From Bacteroidaceae bacterium (GTDB lineage Bacteria; Bacteroidota; Bacteroidia; Bacteroidales; Bacteroidaceae): a DNA stretch of 64,000 bases. Of the stretch, positions 40,340-52,802 are shown one piece after another (position 1 is the first letter of the stretch; each line of letters starts with the position of its first letter). Position numbers and translations under genes: made by a program. Under the pieces are notes generated by a model. The model worked only from the letters and a program-made list of their open reading frames with translations, had not been told where the DNA came from and ran no database searches. Location of the stretch: the NCBI GenBank assembly GCA_017444485.1, contig JAFSWM010000103.1:4845-68844 (forward strand), written 5' to 3'.

Positions 40340-42307
40340 CTAACGCCCACTCAACACGAGCAATGCGCTGATGTCGCTTGGCGATACGCCTGGAATACGA
40401 CTGGCCTGGGCGAGCGTACGCGGATTGATGGCCTCCAGTTTCTGACGTCCCTCGGTAGAAATGCCGTTGAGCGTAGCATAATCGAACCGGTCCTGAATGA
40501 TAATGCCTTCAAGCCTCGCCATCTTTTCGGCTTCGGCTCGCTCACGGGCGATATAGCCCTCGTATTTAAGAAAGACCTCGGCAGATTCAATTACCTCCGA
40601 TTTTATATCTTGCTGTTTGTCAGCAAATTGCAGTACGCCTGGCACAATCTGAGACAATCCCATTAGCGTCACACCAGGACGGCGCAGCAATTCTACGGCC
40701 TTGCTGCTACCCACCACGGGCGAGGATCCAAGCGCTTGGAGGTAGGCGTTCACATCGTCGCCACGCACAGAGGCTTTCCTTATATAAGATATGGTGTCGG
40801 CCACCGCCGCCAGTTTTCTCTCAAAACGCGAACGGCGTTCCTCCGTAGCCAGTCCGAACTTGACGGCATAGGGGGTGAGGCGCGCGTCGGCGTTGTCTTG
40901 GCGAAGCAATATGCGAAACTCCGCACGGCTGGTAAACATGCGATAAGGCTCGTCCACGCCCTTTGTTACCAAATCGTCTATCAGCACGCCCAGATAGGCC
41001 TCATCGCGCCGTAGCACGAAAGGCGATTCGCCACGTAGGGAGAGGGCAGCATTTATCCCTGCCACAAGCCCTTGGCCAGCGGCTTCCTCATAACCTGTGG
41101 TACCGTTCACCTGACCAGCAAGGTACAGACCGCCCAAGCACTTGCTCTCCAACGTATGGTGTAGGCATGTGGGGTCGAAAAAATCGTACTCAATGGCGTA
41201 GCCCGGGCGATAGATCTCCACGTCGCGGAACGCTGGAATCTTGCGCAAGGCCTCTAACTGCGTCTGTACGGGTAAGCTGGAAGAAAAACCATTGAGATAC
41301 ATCTCGCGAGTGTCGGTACCCTCTGGTTCTAAAAACAACGGATGGCGGTCGCGATCGGGGAAGGTCACGATTTTTGTCTCCACGCTCGGGCAATAGCGCG
41401 GCCCTATGCTCTGTATCTGCCCATTATAGAGCGGGGAATCGGGCAAGCCTTGACGCAACACGGCGTGGGCCTCTTCATTGGTATAGCACGTCCAGCACGG
41501 CAACTGGGGCAATCTTCGAGCGGGGGAAAGGAAAGAGAAGCGGGCGGGCGAGGCATCGCCTTCCTCCACCTCCATCTCCTCGAAATGCACACTTCGGCGA
41601 TCGATGCGTACAGGCGTGCCGGTCTTCATTCGCCCAGCCTTCAGCCCCAAAGCCGTCAGGCTGGCGGTGAGGAACATTGCGGCAGGCTCCGCGCTCCGTC
41701 CACCAGACAACGTGCGACGCCCGATGTGCATCAGCCCACGTAGGAACGTGCCAGCAGTGATGATGACCGCGCGACAGCGCAAGGTCATTCCCCATACAGT
41801 GCGCACGCCACAGACACGTCCGTCCTCGTGCAGCACCTCAACCACTTCGTCTTGCAAAAAATGTAGGTGGGGCAGGCTTTCAAGCCTCTCGCGCCATTCG
41901 CGTATAAACTTGGCGCGGTCGCACTGCGCTCGCGGGCTCCACATGGCGGGGCCCTTTGAGCGGTTTAGCATACGGAACTGAATAGTGGCAGCATCGGCCA
42001 CCTCGCCGCTCATCCCGCCCAGAGCATCCACCTCTCTCACTATCTGTCCTTTGGCAATGCCTCCCATCGCGGGGTTGCACGACATCTGCGCAAGTTTATC
42101 CAAGTCAAACGTCACCAAACACGTTTCCTGACCCATGCGTGCGGCTGCGGCTGCGGCCTCACAGCCTGCATGACCGCCGCCCACGACGATGACATCGTAG
42201 GTCGCCAATTCGTAAAATGGCAGGGTGGGGGAGAGGGGATTCGCAGCGGTTGGTGTCTGGGTGCTACGGGGAGAAAGATCCTCCTTGATGGGCTGGCAAA
42301 AACTCAT
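40340..42307 (-). CDS. mnmG: tRNA uridine 5-carboxymethylaminomethyl modification enzyme
   Basis: 655 aa. FAD motif [16 protein letters not shown] and the conserved GidA core ([20 protein letters not shown]-like). The N-terminus is about 30 aa longer than usual, so the true start may be an internal non-ATG codon. Confidence 0.9.
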   Translation of the reverse strand: MSFCQPIKEDLSPRSTQTPTAANPLSPTLPFYELATYDVIVVGGGHAGCEAAAAAARMGQETCLVTFDLDKLAQMSCNPAMGGIAKGQIVREVDALGGMSGEVADAATIQFRMLNRSKGPAMWSPRAQCDRAKFIREWRERLESLPHLHFLQDEVVEVLHEDGRVCGVRTVWGMTLRCRAVIITAGTFLRGLMHIGRRTLSGGRSAEPAAMFLTASLTALGLKAGRMKTGTPVRIDRRSVHFEEMEVEEGDASPARFSFLSPARRLPQLPCWTCYTNEEAHAVLRQGLPDSPLYNGQIQSIGPRYCPSVETKIVTFPDRDRHPLFLEPEGTDTREMYLNGFSSSLPVQTQLEALRKIPAFRDVEIYRPGYAIEYDFFDPTCLHHTLESKCLGGLYLAGQVNGTTGYEEAAGQGLVAGINAALSLRGESPFVLRRDEAYLGVLIDDLVTKGVDEPYRMFTSRAEFRILLRQDNADARLTPYAVKFGLATEERRSRFERKLAAVADTISYIRKASVRGDDVNAYLQALGSSPVVGSSKAVELLRRPGVTLMGLSQIVPGVLQFADKQQDIKSEVIESAEVFLKYEGYIARERAEAEKMARLEGIIIQDRFDYATLNGISTEGRQKLEAINPRTLAQASRIPGVSPSDISALLVLSGR

Positions 42308-42396
42308 AAATGATAGTCGGATAAGGCGGCTAAGACAACGCGCCTCAAAATCAGGGCAAAATTACGCCATTCCCGCCGATAATAGCGGCTTTGTGC

Positions 42397-42404
42397 CAAA
42401 GATA
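42397..42404 (-). promoter_or_regulatory. -7 promoter box (TATCTTTG on the minus strand) for mnmG
   Basis: The reverse complement of CAAAGATA lies about 90 nt upstream of the ATG at 42307. Confidence 0.4.
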
Positions 42405-42595
42405 ACAACGCGGCGACGGGTGGCGAGGCCCACAATCTGGCTGTGGAAGGCCATTAGTAGGCGTGCACGACGCACTGCCATGGTCGGCACAACCCATACA
42501 GACCTTATTCTGTTGAAGAATGTACTACAAACGAATGCCGCCTTGAAACCAGTGTGGGCTTCAAGGCAGCATACGGCAGAGTTGGGGTTATTGTT

Positions 42596-45350
<2,755 letters not shown>

Positions 45351-45357
45351 GGCTTTC

Positions 45358-45789
45358 TCAGTCACGCGCGCTCTCTGTCAGCGCTTGCACAGCAAGTTTG
45401 TAGCCACCCATCCCAAAACCAGCGATGAGGCCTTCGCACGCGGGAGAGATGATGCTGTGGCTGCGGAAGTCCTCACGAGCAAAGACGTTACTGATGTGCA
45501 CCTCCACCACGGGGAAGTCCACACTACGAATGGCGTCCAAGAGGGCCACAGAGGTGTGTGTGTACGCTCCGGCATTGAGCACCACACCCGCCAAGCCGTC
45601 ATCGGCAGCCTGCTGCAAGCGGTCGATGAGCGCACCTTCGTGGTTGCTCTGAAAATAGTCAATTTCCACCTCGGGGAAGGCTTTGCGAAGCCCCGCGAGA
45701 CAATCTTCCATTGTCGTGCTTCCGTAGATGCCGGGCTCTCTGCGGCCCAGGCGGTTCAGGTTGGGGCCATTCATTATCAGGATTTTCAT
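45358..45789 (-). CDS. aroQ: Type II 3-dehydroquinate dehydratase
   Basis: 143 aa. Motifs MNGPNLNRLGRREPGIYG, QSNHEG, NAGAYTHTS and VEVHISN. Confidence 0.93.
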   Translation of the reverse strand: MKILIMNGPNLNRLGRREPGIYGSTTMEDCLAGLRKAFPEVEIDYFQSNHEGALIDRLQQAADDGLAGVVLNAGAYTHTSVALLDAIRSVDFPVVEVHISNVFAREDFRSHSIISPACEGLIAGFGMGGYKLAVQALTESARD

Positions 45790-45934
45790 TGCCGTAAAGA
45801 TGTTGTTGCTTGTTGCAAAATTAGACTAAAAGATTGTGGACGTCTATATGGAATCGTCTCGTCTGAATAGAGCCGTATGCCTCAGTGTTACATGGTTTTT
45901 TCTGGCGCTTATTGCCGCCGAACGTACCATTGTA

Positions 45935-47158
45935 TCATTCCCAGACGATCCAAGCGCTGACCAACCAATGGTTGAGGCGATCGCCATCGGCGGGTTGGGC
46001 TGTGGGCACTGCGATGCGCAGGGTGTGCTCGCCAGCAGAGAGTTCGCCCAGCGGGATACGCAGAGGCGGAACATCGCTGCCAGGACACCAGCCCGACCGA
46101 GAGAGGTCGGACGAAGCAATGGTCTCCTTGATGCGTCCCACCCCGCGTGTGCCTTGCTCGGTGATATAAGCGGCCTCGCGTTCACGAAGCCACACGCCGG
46201 TTGAGGGGTTGAAGCGCCGAAACGTGTAGCAGTCGGTACGCCAAGGGGTGTATCGGCTCACCTCCTTGCCATCAACACTGATGACATGTTCGCAAGGGGT
46301 GAATTCGTCTCCGCCGCTGTGCCCGCCATGGCCAGAAGCGACATAATAAATCATGGCCCGCCGCGCCGCATCGGGTAGCCTGAACGTCACATCAAGCGGT
46401 TGGTGGGCAAAGAGGTCGCAATACTCCTGTCCGTAGTAGGCTAGGGTATTCACCAGCGGCAGCACATGGCTTTTTGTGGCCTTGTCGCCCTTTACTCGAC
46501 TCTCTTCCAGAGTGAGCATCACGGAGGTTTCATAGCCCTCGCTCGTCCAAGTATCAATGGCAAGCCCCAGCCAGCAACTGTCTTGCAGCATGGGCAGGCG
46601 GTCGGTCACGTCCTGTCGCCACTCCACAAAATCCTCGTACCCGTCAAGCCATACAGGTTGCACCCTCTCTCTTGAAACGCTGTCGCGAGGCGTATAGAAG
46701 CCCACGCCAAAGGGAGTCATGAAGCGGAGCAGTTCTATCGCTGGGGCATAATCCCCAGCGGAGTCTATCCCTCTGAACTTGCTTCGCACTGATGGCGGGG
46801 TGGGGTAGGGGACTGTGCCTCGCGCCACGCTAATCATGCTCACCGCCTGTTTGCACGGGATGATAAAGACGCTTCCCGCCTTGTCCCACCGGTCGCCATT
46901 CGACCGCAGGCGGACGCTGACCGTGGCGCATGCGGCGCGGCGCGTCTTGGGCAGACACACCTTGCGCAGCACGATGCGCCCGTTCCCTATGACCAGTGTG
47001 CCATCGGCTTCCTGGGCGATACTGCCAGGATGGGCACTTTCGTCAAAGTTCACCACACGGTCGCTGAACACCCTATAATTATATATGGTGTCAAACGTTG
47101 CAGCCTGCGCGCTGATTGCGCAGGCTGCAACAATGACGAGAAGTGTGACGTGCTTCAT
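45935..47158 (-). CDS. Secreted peptide-N-glycosidase F (PNGase F)-like protein
   Basis: 407 aa from the ATG at 47158 (signal MKHVTLLVIVAACAISAQA). The C-terminal region SGHGGHSGGDEFTPCEHV...SRSGWCPGSDVPPLRIPL parallels PNGase F SGWGH...GCAEWC...RAGWCPGMAVPTRIDV, as I recall that sequence. Confidence 0.55.
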   Translation of the reverse strand: MKHVTLLVIVAACAISAQAATFDTIYNYRVFSDRVVNFDESAHPGSIAQEADGTLVIGNGRIVLRKVCLPKTRRAACATVSVRLRSNGDRWDKAGSVFIIPCKQAVSMISVARGTVPYPTPPSVRSKFRGIDSAGDYAPAIELLRFMTPFGVGFYTPRDSVSRERVQPVWLDGYEDFVEWRQDVTDRLPMLQDSCWLGLAIDTWTSEGYETSVMLTLEESRVKGDKATKSHVLPLVNTLAYYGQEYCDLFAHQPLDVTFRLPDAARRAMIYYVASGHGGHSGGDEFTPCEHVISVDGKEVSRYTPWRTDCYTFRRFNPSTGVWLREREAAYITEQGTRGVGRIKETIASSDLSRSGWCPGSDVPPLRIPLGELSAGEHTLRIAVPTAQPADGDRLNHWLVSAWIVWE

Positions 47159-47195
47159 TGTTCGACAGAGTATTGAGAGCGCTCTCAGGGCGTCC

Positions 47196-48716
47196 TTACG
47201 CCACTTTTTCAAGCCGCTTCATCACGGCGAACATAAAGGCTGCGCTGAGCAGGCAAAGCACGATGAATACCGTCCATACGATCCACAGCGGCAGTCCGCC
47301 CCACAGGAAACCACCCACGCTGACGAGGAAGTTACCCAGCGCAGTGGCCACAAACCAGCCGCCCATCATGGTGCCTTTGAGTTTGGCCGGAGCCACTTTC
47401 GAAACGAATGAGATGCCCATCGGGCTGAGCAACAGTTCGCCGAAAGTCAGCACGAGATAAGTACCAATGAGGTAGTTGGGGCTGGCAAAGGTCTTGTCGG
47501 CGTCGGCGGCTGCGCCCTGTGCGTCGGGTGTGATCAGCCCTATGGAGCCTGCCACCATGATGAGGTAGGCAGCCCCAGCCACCAGCATTCCATAGGCAAT
47601 CTTGCGCGGTGCGCTGGGCTCCTTGCCACGGGCGGCCAGCCATCCGAAGATAGCAAGGCTCACAGGCGTGAGGGCCACTACAAAAGCGGGGTTGAACTGC
47701 TGGAAAATGGGAGCGGCGAGAGCCACCTCGTTACCTTGTGAGGCAGTGTACTGGTAGTAGAGGGCGCCCAGGCAGGCCAGGATGACCACTGCGGCGATAC
47801 CCTTGGTGCGTGCCGTCTTTCCTTGGAAGAGGGAGAACAGACCGTACACGATGATGATGCACAGCACAAGGTTGATGACGTCAAAAGGCATGGCGCCCAC
47901 GCCAGTGGCTGTGGGTGTGACAAACTCGTTGGCAAAGTAGGTCAGCGTCAGTCCGTTCTGGTGGAAAGCCATCCAGAAGAAGATAACCACGGCAAACACC
48001 AGGCAGAGTGCCACCACGCGGTCCTTCGTGTCCTTGGGGTCCTCGGCCTCTTCTGCCACGGCAGCGGCAGAGTCCTTCTTCTTGTCGTTCTCCACATGCT
48101 TGAAGGTGGAGCGGAAGCCGTAGTATATGGCGATGGAGAGCACCAGCGACACACAAGCCACGGCGAATGCGAAGTGGTAGGCATCGGCGTGGGAGTATCC
48201 GAGGGCTGTCTCGGCCCACTCCATGATTTTCACTGCGGCTGTCGGAGCGAAGAGCGCACCGATGTTGATGGCCATGTAGAAAATGGAGAAGCCACTGTCG
48301 CGTGACGTGCTGAAGCGCGCCTCGTCGTAGAGGTTTCCAACCATCACCTGCAAGTTTCCCTTGAAGAGCCCCGTGCCGAAACTGATGAGCAGCAGGGCAG
48401 CGATCATGCCGATCATGGCAATAGCATCGCCGCCGAGGGGTACAGAGAGCACCAGGTAGCCTGCAAACATGATGAGGATGCCGATGGTCACCATCTTCCC
48501 GTATCCGAACTTGTCGGCCATCATGCCGCCAAAGAGCGGAAGGAAGTAAACGAGTGCGAGGAACGTGCTGTAGATGGCACCTGCTGTGCCAGGAGCCAGT
48601 CCGAAGTTCTCGCGTAGGAACAACGCAAAGACGGCTAGCATGGTGTAGTAGCCGAAGCGCTCGCCGGTGTTGGCCAGCGCAAGGGCATAGAGCCCTTTAG
48701 GTTGGTTTTCAAACAT
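47196..48716 (-). CDS. POT/PTR2-family proton-dependent oligopeptide transporter
   Basis: 506 aa, about 14 TM segments. PTR2 signature NTGERFGYYTMLAVFALFL. Confidence 0.88.
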   Translation of the reverse strand: MFENQPKGLYALALANTGERFGYYTMLAVFALFLRENFGLAPGTAGAIYSTFLALVYFLPLFGGMMADKFGYGKMVTIGILIMFAGYLVLSVPLGGDAIAMIGMIAALLLISFGTGLFKGNLQVMVGNLYDEARFSTSRDSGFSIFYMAINIGALFAPTAAVKIMEWAETALGYSHADAYHFAFAVACVSLVLSIAIYYGFRSTFKHVENDKKKDSAAAVAEEAEDPKDTKDRVVALCLVFAVVIFFWMAFHQNGLTLTYFANEFVTPTATGVGAMPFDVINLVLCIIIVYGLFSLFQGKTARTKGIAAVVILACLGALYYQYTASQGNEVALAAPIFQQFNPAFVVALTPVSLAIFGWLAARGKEPSAPRKIAYGMLVAGAAYLIMVAGSIGLITPDAQGAAADADKTFASPNYLIGTYLVLTFGELLLSPMGISFVSKVAPAKLKGTMMGGWFVATALGNFLVSVGGFLWGGLPLWIVWTVFIVLCLLSAAFMFAVMKRLEKVA

Positions 48717-48754
48717 AACTTTGATTATTTAGATTTTGTTCGTATCGGAACGTG

Positions 48755-51610
48755 TCATGCCCCAGCGGACTGCGGTTTTTCGGCGTTCTGCGGCCATAAC
48801 TCGTCTTTCAGGAACTGGGCCGTGTAGCCTTTTCCTGCCTTGCAGACCTCCTCGGGCGTGCCTTGGGCCACTATGGTGCCACCGCCACGACCACCTTCTG
48901 GCCCCATGTCAATGATATAGTCGGCACACTTGATGACGTCAAGGTTGTGCTCTATCACGATGACGGTGTTGCCCTTGTCCACAAGGCGTTGCAGCACGCC
49001 GAGTAGCACGCGGATATCCTCGAAGTGGAGGCCCGTGGTGGGCTCGTCAAGTATATATATGGTGCGGCCAGTATCGCGCTTCGACAGTTCGGTGGCGAGT
49101 TTCACGCGCTGGCTCTCCCCGCCGCTGAGTGTGGTGCTGCTCTGTCCGAGTTTGATGTAGCCCAAACCAACGTCTTGCAGCACCTTTATCTTATGGAGAA
49201 TGTTTGGTACAAACTCGAAGAACTCCACGGCCTGATTGATGGTCATGTCCAGCACATCGGCAATGCTCTTTCCGCGATAGCGCACCTCGAGCGTTTCGTG
49301 GTTGTAGCGTTTGCCATGGCACGTCTCGCAGGGCACGAGTACGTCGGGCAGGAAGTTCATCTCGATGGTCTTATATCCGCTACCCTTACACGTCTCGCAG
49401 CGTCCGCCCTTGACGTTAAAGGAAAAACGTCCTGGCTTGTAGGCTCGGATTTTCGACTCGGGAAGTTCCACAAAGAGGGTACGAATGTCGTTGAACACGC
49501 CGGTATAGGTGGCGGGGTTCGAACGCGGTGTGCGTCCTATCGGGCTTTGGTCCACACAGACCACTTTGTCCACATGCTCCAGCCCCTCCACTGCGTCATA
49601 GGGCAGGGGCTCTTGGAGCGAGCGGTAAATCTTCTTGAAAAGGATGGGGCGTAGTGTGTCGCCCACGAGCGTGCTCTTGCCCGAGCCGCTCACACCGGTG
49701 ACGCAGATGAGTGTGCCGAGGGGGAACTCCGCCGTCACTCCCTTGAGGTTGTTGCCGCGTGCGCCGACGATGCGCAGCGTCTTGCCCGAGCCTTTGCGCC
49801 GAGCGGCAGGGACGTCAATGGCACGTGCTCCGCAAAGGTAATCGGCGGTGAGCGTATGGCCGGCAAGCAGTTCGGTGGGCGTACCTTGGAAGACTATTTC
49901 TCCGCCCTTGCGACCAGCCAGCGGCCCGACGTCAACCACATAGTCAGCGTTGAGCATCATATCTTTGTCGTGTTCCACCACCACCACGGTGTTGCCCGTG
50001 TCGCGCAGTTGTTTGAGCGAGCGGATGAGGCGCACGTTGTCGCGTTGGTGCAGTCCGATGCTGGGCTCATCGAGTATGTAGAGCACGTTCACCAGTTGGG
50101 AGCCGATCTGCGTGGCGAGGCGTATGCGCTGGCTTTCACCGCCGCTAAGGGTGGCAGTGGCGCGTGCCAGCGAAAGGTAGTTGAGCCCCACGTCCACAAG
50201 GAAACGCAGGCGCGACCGAAGTTCCTTGAGTATCTCATGGGCTATGGCAGCGCGGTGCCCTTCCAGCCCGGCCTCCACTGTGTCGGCCCATTCGGAAAGT
50301 TCAGCGATGTCCATCGAAGCCAGTTCGTGGATGTTCTTTCCTGCAAAGCGGTAGGCGAGGGCCTCTTCATTGAGTCGCGCTCCGTGGCAGTGGGGGCAGG
50401 TCTGGGTTCGGGCGAAACTGTCGGCCCATTTGCGCGCCGCCGCCGTCATCTCGTTGTCGGCCATTTGGGCGATGTACTTCACCAGCCCGCCAAACTCCAC
50501 ATAGTAATCGTTCGTGGTGCCAGCGATGCGTGCCGGTATGCGCAGGCGGTCGGGTGTGCCGCCCATAATTTCGTCGAGGGCCTCTTCGGGGAGTTCGGAG
50601 ATGGGTGTCTTGAGGTCGGCCTCGTACTTCAGTAGCACGGCCTCCACTTCTTGAAAGATAAACACCCTTCGGTATTTTCCCAGCGGCGCAAGTCCGCCCT
50701 CGTAGATGCTCAGGCGGGCGTCGGGGATGACTTTTTCGCGGTCGATGACGCTGACATAGCCCAGTCCCTTGCACTTTTGGCATGCCCCTTGTACGGAATT
50801 GAAGGAGAAGTTGTGCGGCGCGGGCTCTCGGTAGGCCAAGCCTGTTTTGGGGTCCATCAGCCGGCGGCTGTAGAACCTGGTGTCGCCGGTCTCGCTGTCA
50901 AGCAAGAGCAGCAACCCGTCGCCCTGTGCCATGGTCTGCGCCACGGAATGCGCCAGGCGGTCGCGGTCCTTGGCCTGCACACGCAGGCGGTCCACCACAA
51001 CCTCTATGTCGTGGTTCTTGTAGCGGTCCACCTTCATGCCCCGTTCCACCTCGCGCATCTCGCCATCTACACGAACATGCAGGAAGCCTTTCTTGCGCAC
51101 GCTCTCAAAGAGTTCACGGTAGTGGCCCTTGCGCCCCCTGATCAACGGGGCGAGTAGGCAGATTTTGCGCCCCTCGTAGTCGTGGAGAATGAGGTCGAGG
51201 ATTTGCTCCTCGGTGTAGCGCACCATTTTTTCGCCGCTCTTATAGGAATACGCCTCTCCCGCCCTGGCGAATAGCAGGCGCAGGAAGTCGTAAATCTCTG
51301 TGACGGTGCCCACGGTGGAACGCGGATTCTTGTTCGTCGACTTCTGTTCGATGCTGATGACGGGGCTCAGGCCACTTATCTTGTCCACATCGGGACGCTC
51401 CAGGTTGTCGAGGAAGTTGCGCGCATAGGCCGAGAACGTCTCGATATAGCGGCGCTGCCCCTCGGCATAGAGCGTGTCGAAGGCCAGCGAACTCTTGCCG
51501 CTGCCGCTCAAGCCAGTGATGACGCTCAGGCGGTGGCGCGGCAAAGTCACGTCCACGTTCTTCAGGTTATGGACGCGCGCTCCGTATATGTCAATGGAGT
51601 CGTGGGGCAT
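48755..51610 (-). CDS. uvrA: Excinuclease ABC subunit A
   Basis: 951 aa from the ATG at 51610 ([21 protein letters not shown]). Two ABC modules (GLSGSGKSS and GVSGSGKST; two LSGGE signatures). Zinc-finger Cys pairs (CPHCHG, CETCKG...CETCHG). Confidence 0.95.
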   Translation of the reverse strand: MPHDSIDIYGARVHNLKNVDVTLPRHRLSVITGLSGSGKSSLAFDTLYAEGQRRYIETFSAYARNFLDNLERPDVDKISGLSPVISIEQKSTNKNPRSTVGTVTEIYDFLRLLFARAGEAYSYKSGEKMVRYTEEQILDLILHDYEGRKICLLAPLIRGRKGHYRELFESVRKKGFLHVRVDGEMREVERGMKVDRYKNHDIEVVVDRLRVQAKDRDRLAHSVAQTMAQGDGLLLLLDSETGDTRFYSRRLMDPKTGLAYREPAPHNFSFNSVQGACQKCKGLGYVSVIDREKVIPDARLSIYEGGLAPLGKYRRVFIFQEVEAVLLKYEADLKTPISELPEEALDEIMGGTPDRLRIPARIAGTTNDYYVEFGGLVKYIAQMADNEMTAAARKWADSFARTQTCPHCHGARLNEEALAYRFAGKNIHELASMDIAELSEWADTVEAGLEGHRAAIAHEILKELRSRLRFLVDVGLNYLSLARATATLSGGESQRIRLATQIGSQLVNVLYILDEPSIGLHQRDNVRLIRSLKQLRDTGNTVVVVEHDKDMMLNADYVVDVGPLAGRKGGEIVFQGTPTELLAGHTLTADYLCGARAIDVPAARRKGSGKTLRIVGARGNNLKGVTAEFPLGTLICVTGVSGSGKSTLVGDTLRPILFKKIYRSLQEPLPYDAVEGLEHVDKVVCVDQSPIGRTPRSNPATYTGVFNDIRTLFVELPESKIRAYKPGRFSFNVKGGRCETCKGSGYKTIEMNFLPDVLVPCETCHGKRYNHETLEVRYRGKSIADVLDMTINQAVEFFEFVPNILHKIKVLQDVGLGYIKLGQSSTTLSGGESQRVKLATELSKRDTGRTIYILDEPTTGLHFEDIRVLLGVLQRLVDKGNTVIVIEHNLDVIKCADYIIDMGPEGGRGGGTIVAQGTPEEVCKAGKGYTAQFLKDELWPQNAEKPQSAGA

Positions 51611-51614
51611 TCTC

Positions 51615-52298
51615 TCACTGGCTCTCTTCCCTATATCCCGAGAGCACGCTAATGGTCTTGCGTATCTCGTATTTCCTGCCGTCAGCGCCCATCGCATCTA
51701 CGCGCAGGTAATAGGCCCCATCGGGCACCACGCGCCCGCCCGAGCGTCCGTCCCATTTGCCGGCGGGGTCGGTCCATTCGTAGATGAGCCTACCCGAGCG
51801 CGAGAACACCCTGGCATGGAACGACACGATGCTCTGCCAGCCCTGTTTCGGTTTCAGTTCGTCGTTGCGCCCGTCGTTGTTGGGCGTGATGACGTTGGGG
51901 AACTCCAGGCGCGATTCGCGGATGTTCACAGAGAAGGGCGTCTCCTGCACATACTCTATCGTATCGCCGCCTTGCACAAACGACACGATGAGTTGGATGA
52001 GGTGCGTGCCGCTTTGGGTAAATGTGAGTTCGGTATCGGCATCGTATCGCACCAGATACGGCGCGCTCTCGCCCAGGCGGGTGAAGCGCCATTCGTAGAG
52101 CACGATATAATCCTCCGCATCCGTCACGTTCGAGGTGAATCTTGCCGCAAACGGGGCCGAGCCGTCATATTCCGTGGCTTCGACCGACATGCCGAGCGTG
52201 TCGGTGTAGGTCATCACGGGGTTGGCCTCTTGAGCCGACGCCATGACAGAAAAAAGCGCGACAAGGGCTATGAAGAAATAGCGCATATCACTATTCAT
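51615..52298 (-). CDS. Small secreted protein with a T9SS type-B (gliding-motility-associated) C-terminal sorting domain
   Basis: 227 aa. Signal peptide present. The C-terminal domain motif FPNVITPNNDGRNDEL...DGAYYL is typical of the CHU_C / type-B CTD. Confidence 0.7.
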   Translation of the reverse strand: MNSDMRYFFIALVALFSVMASAQEANPVMTYTDTLGMSVEATEYDGSAPFAARFTSNVTDAEDYIVLYEWRFTRLGESAPYLVRYDADTELTFTQSGTHLIQLIVSFVQGGDTIEYVQETPFSVNIRESRLEFPNVITPNNDGRNDELKPKQGWQSIVSFHARVFSRSGRLIYEWTDPAGKWDGRSGGRVVPDGAYYLRVDAMGADGRKYEIRKTISVLSGYREESQ

Positions 52299-52489
52299 TT
52301 TATTTGACGGGGCAAAAATAATAAATCCCCTCGTACCCGACGCCGGCGGTAAGGCTTATTTTTTCGGACAAGACGCTTAGAAAGGGCGTTGTGACGAAGA
52401 CGTTTTGTCACGCCTACGAGAGAAAAGACGCGGCGGTGCTTCCCCTGGGGCGCCACAGCCCCACGGACTGGCAAAAGTCGGATTTAGAA

Positions 52490-52554
52490 AAAACTACCTC
52501 GGACCTTGAAAAAACTATTGGCTTTGCAGTTTTTTCAAGGTCCAAGGTAGTTTT
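52490..52554. repeat. Long near-perfect inverted repeat (27-bp arms, 11-nt loop)
   Basis: AAAACTACCTCGGACCTTGAAAAAACT (52490-52516) pairs with AGTTTTTTCAAGGTCCAAGGTAGTTTT (52528-52554) with one C/T difference. A third, direct copy of the core (TCGGATTTAGAAAAAACTA) sits at 52478-52496. Confidence 0.85.
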
Positions 52555-52802
52555 GCTATTCCCCACCGCGCTGCGGTAGGCCTGCTTTCTGCCCTTCTCT
52601 GCCCCTTTTACGGGGCAAAGGTAATCCCCCACGGCTCGGGCGGGCAAGGACAAAATGCAGCAGGGCACCTCTTAAAATATACGCACACCGCCTTTTTTTG
52701 TGAAAAATGGGGCTGCGAACAGCAAGAAATGGCTAATTTTGCGCGGCAAGACGACGGGGCATTTCCCGCCCGCCAAGGAAAAAGGAAAAAGGACATACCA
52801 CC

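Noticed and set aside
42540-42567. Hairpin GCCTTGAA...TTCAAGGC after gyrB, considered as a terminator.
   Set aside because: The 8-bp stem is real, but no U-tract follows on the minus strand. It was left unannotated as too weak to call.
52300-52800. Whether the 504-bp gap hides a tmRNA, RNase P RNA, SRP RNA or tRNA.
   Set aside because: I found no tRNA-like acceptor/T-arm, no tag-peptide reading frame ending in ALAA-stop, no RNase P GAGGAAAGUCC-type core and no SRP GGAA tetraloop motif. This was visual inspection only, so a covariance scan would be definitive.
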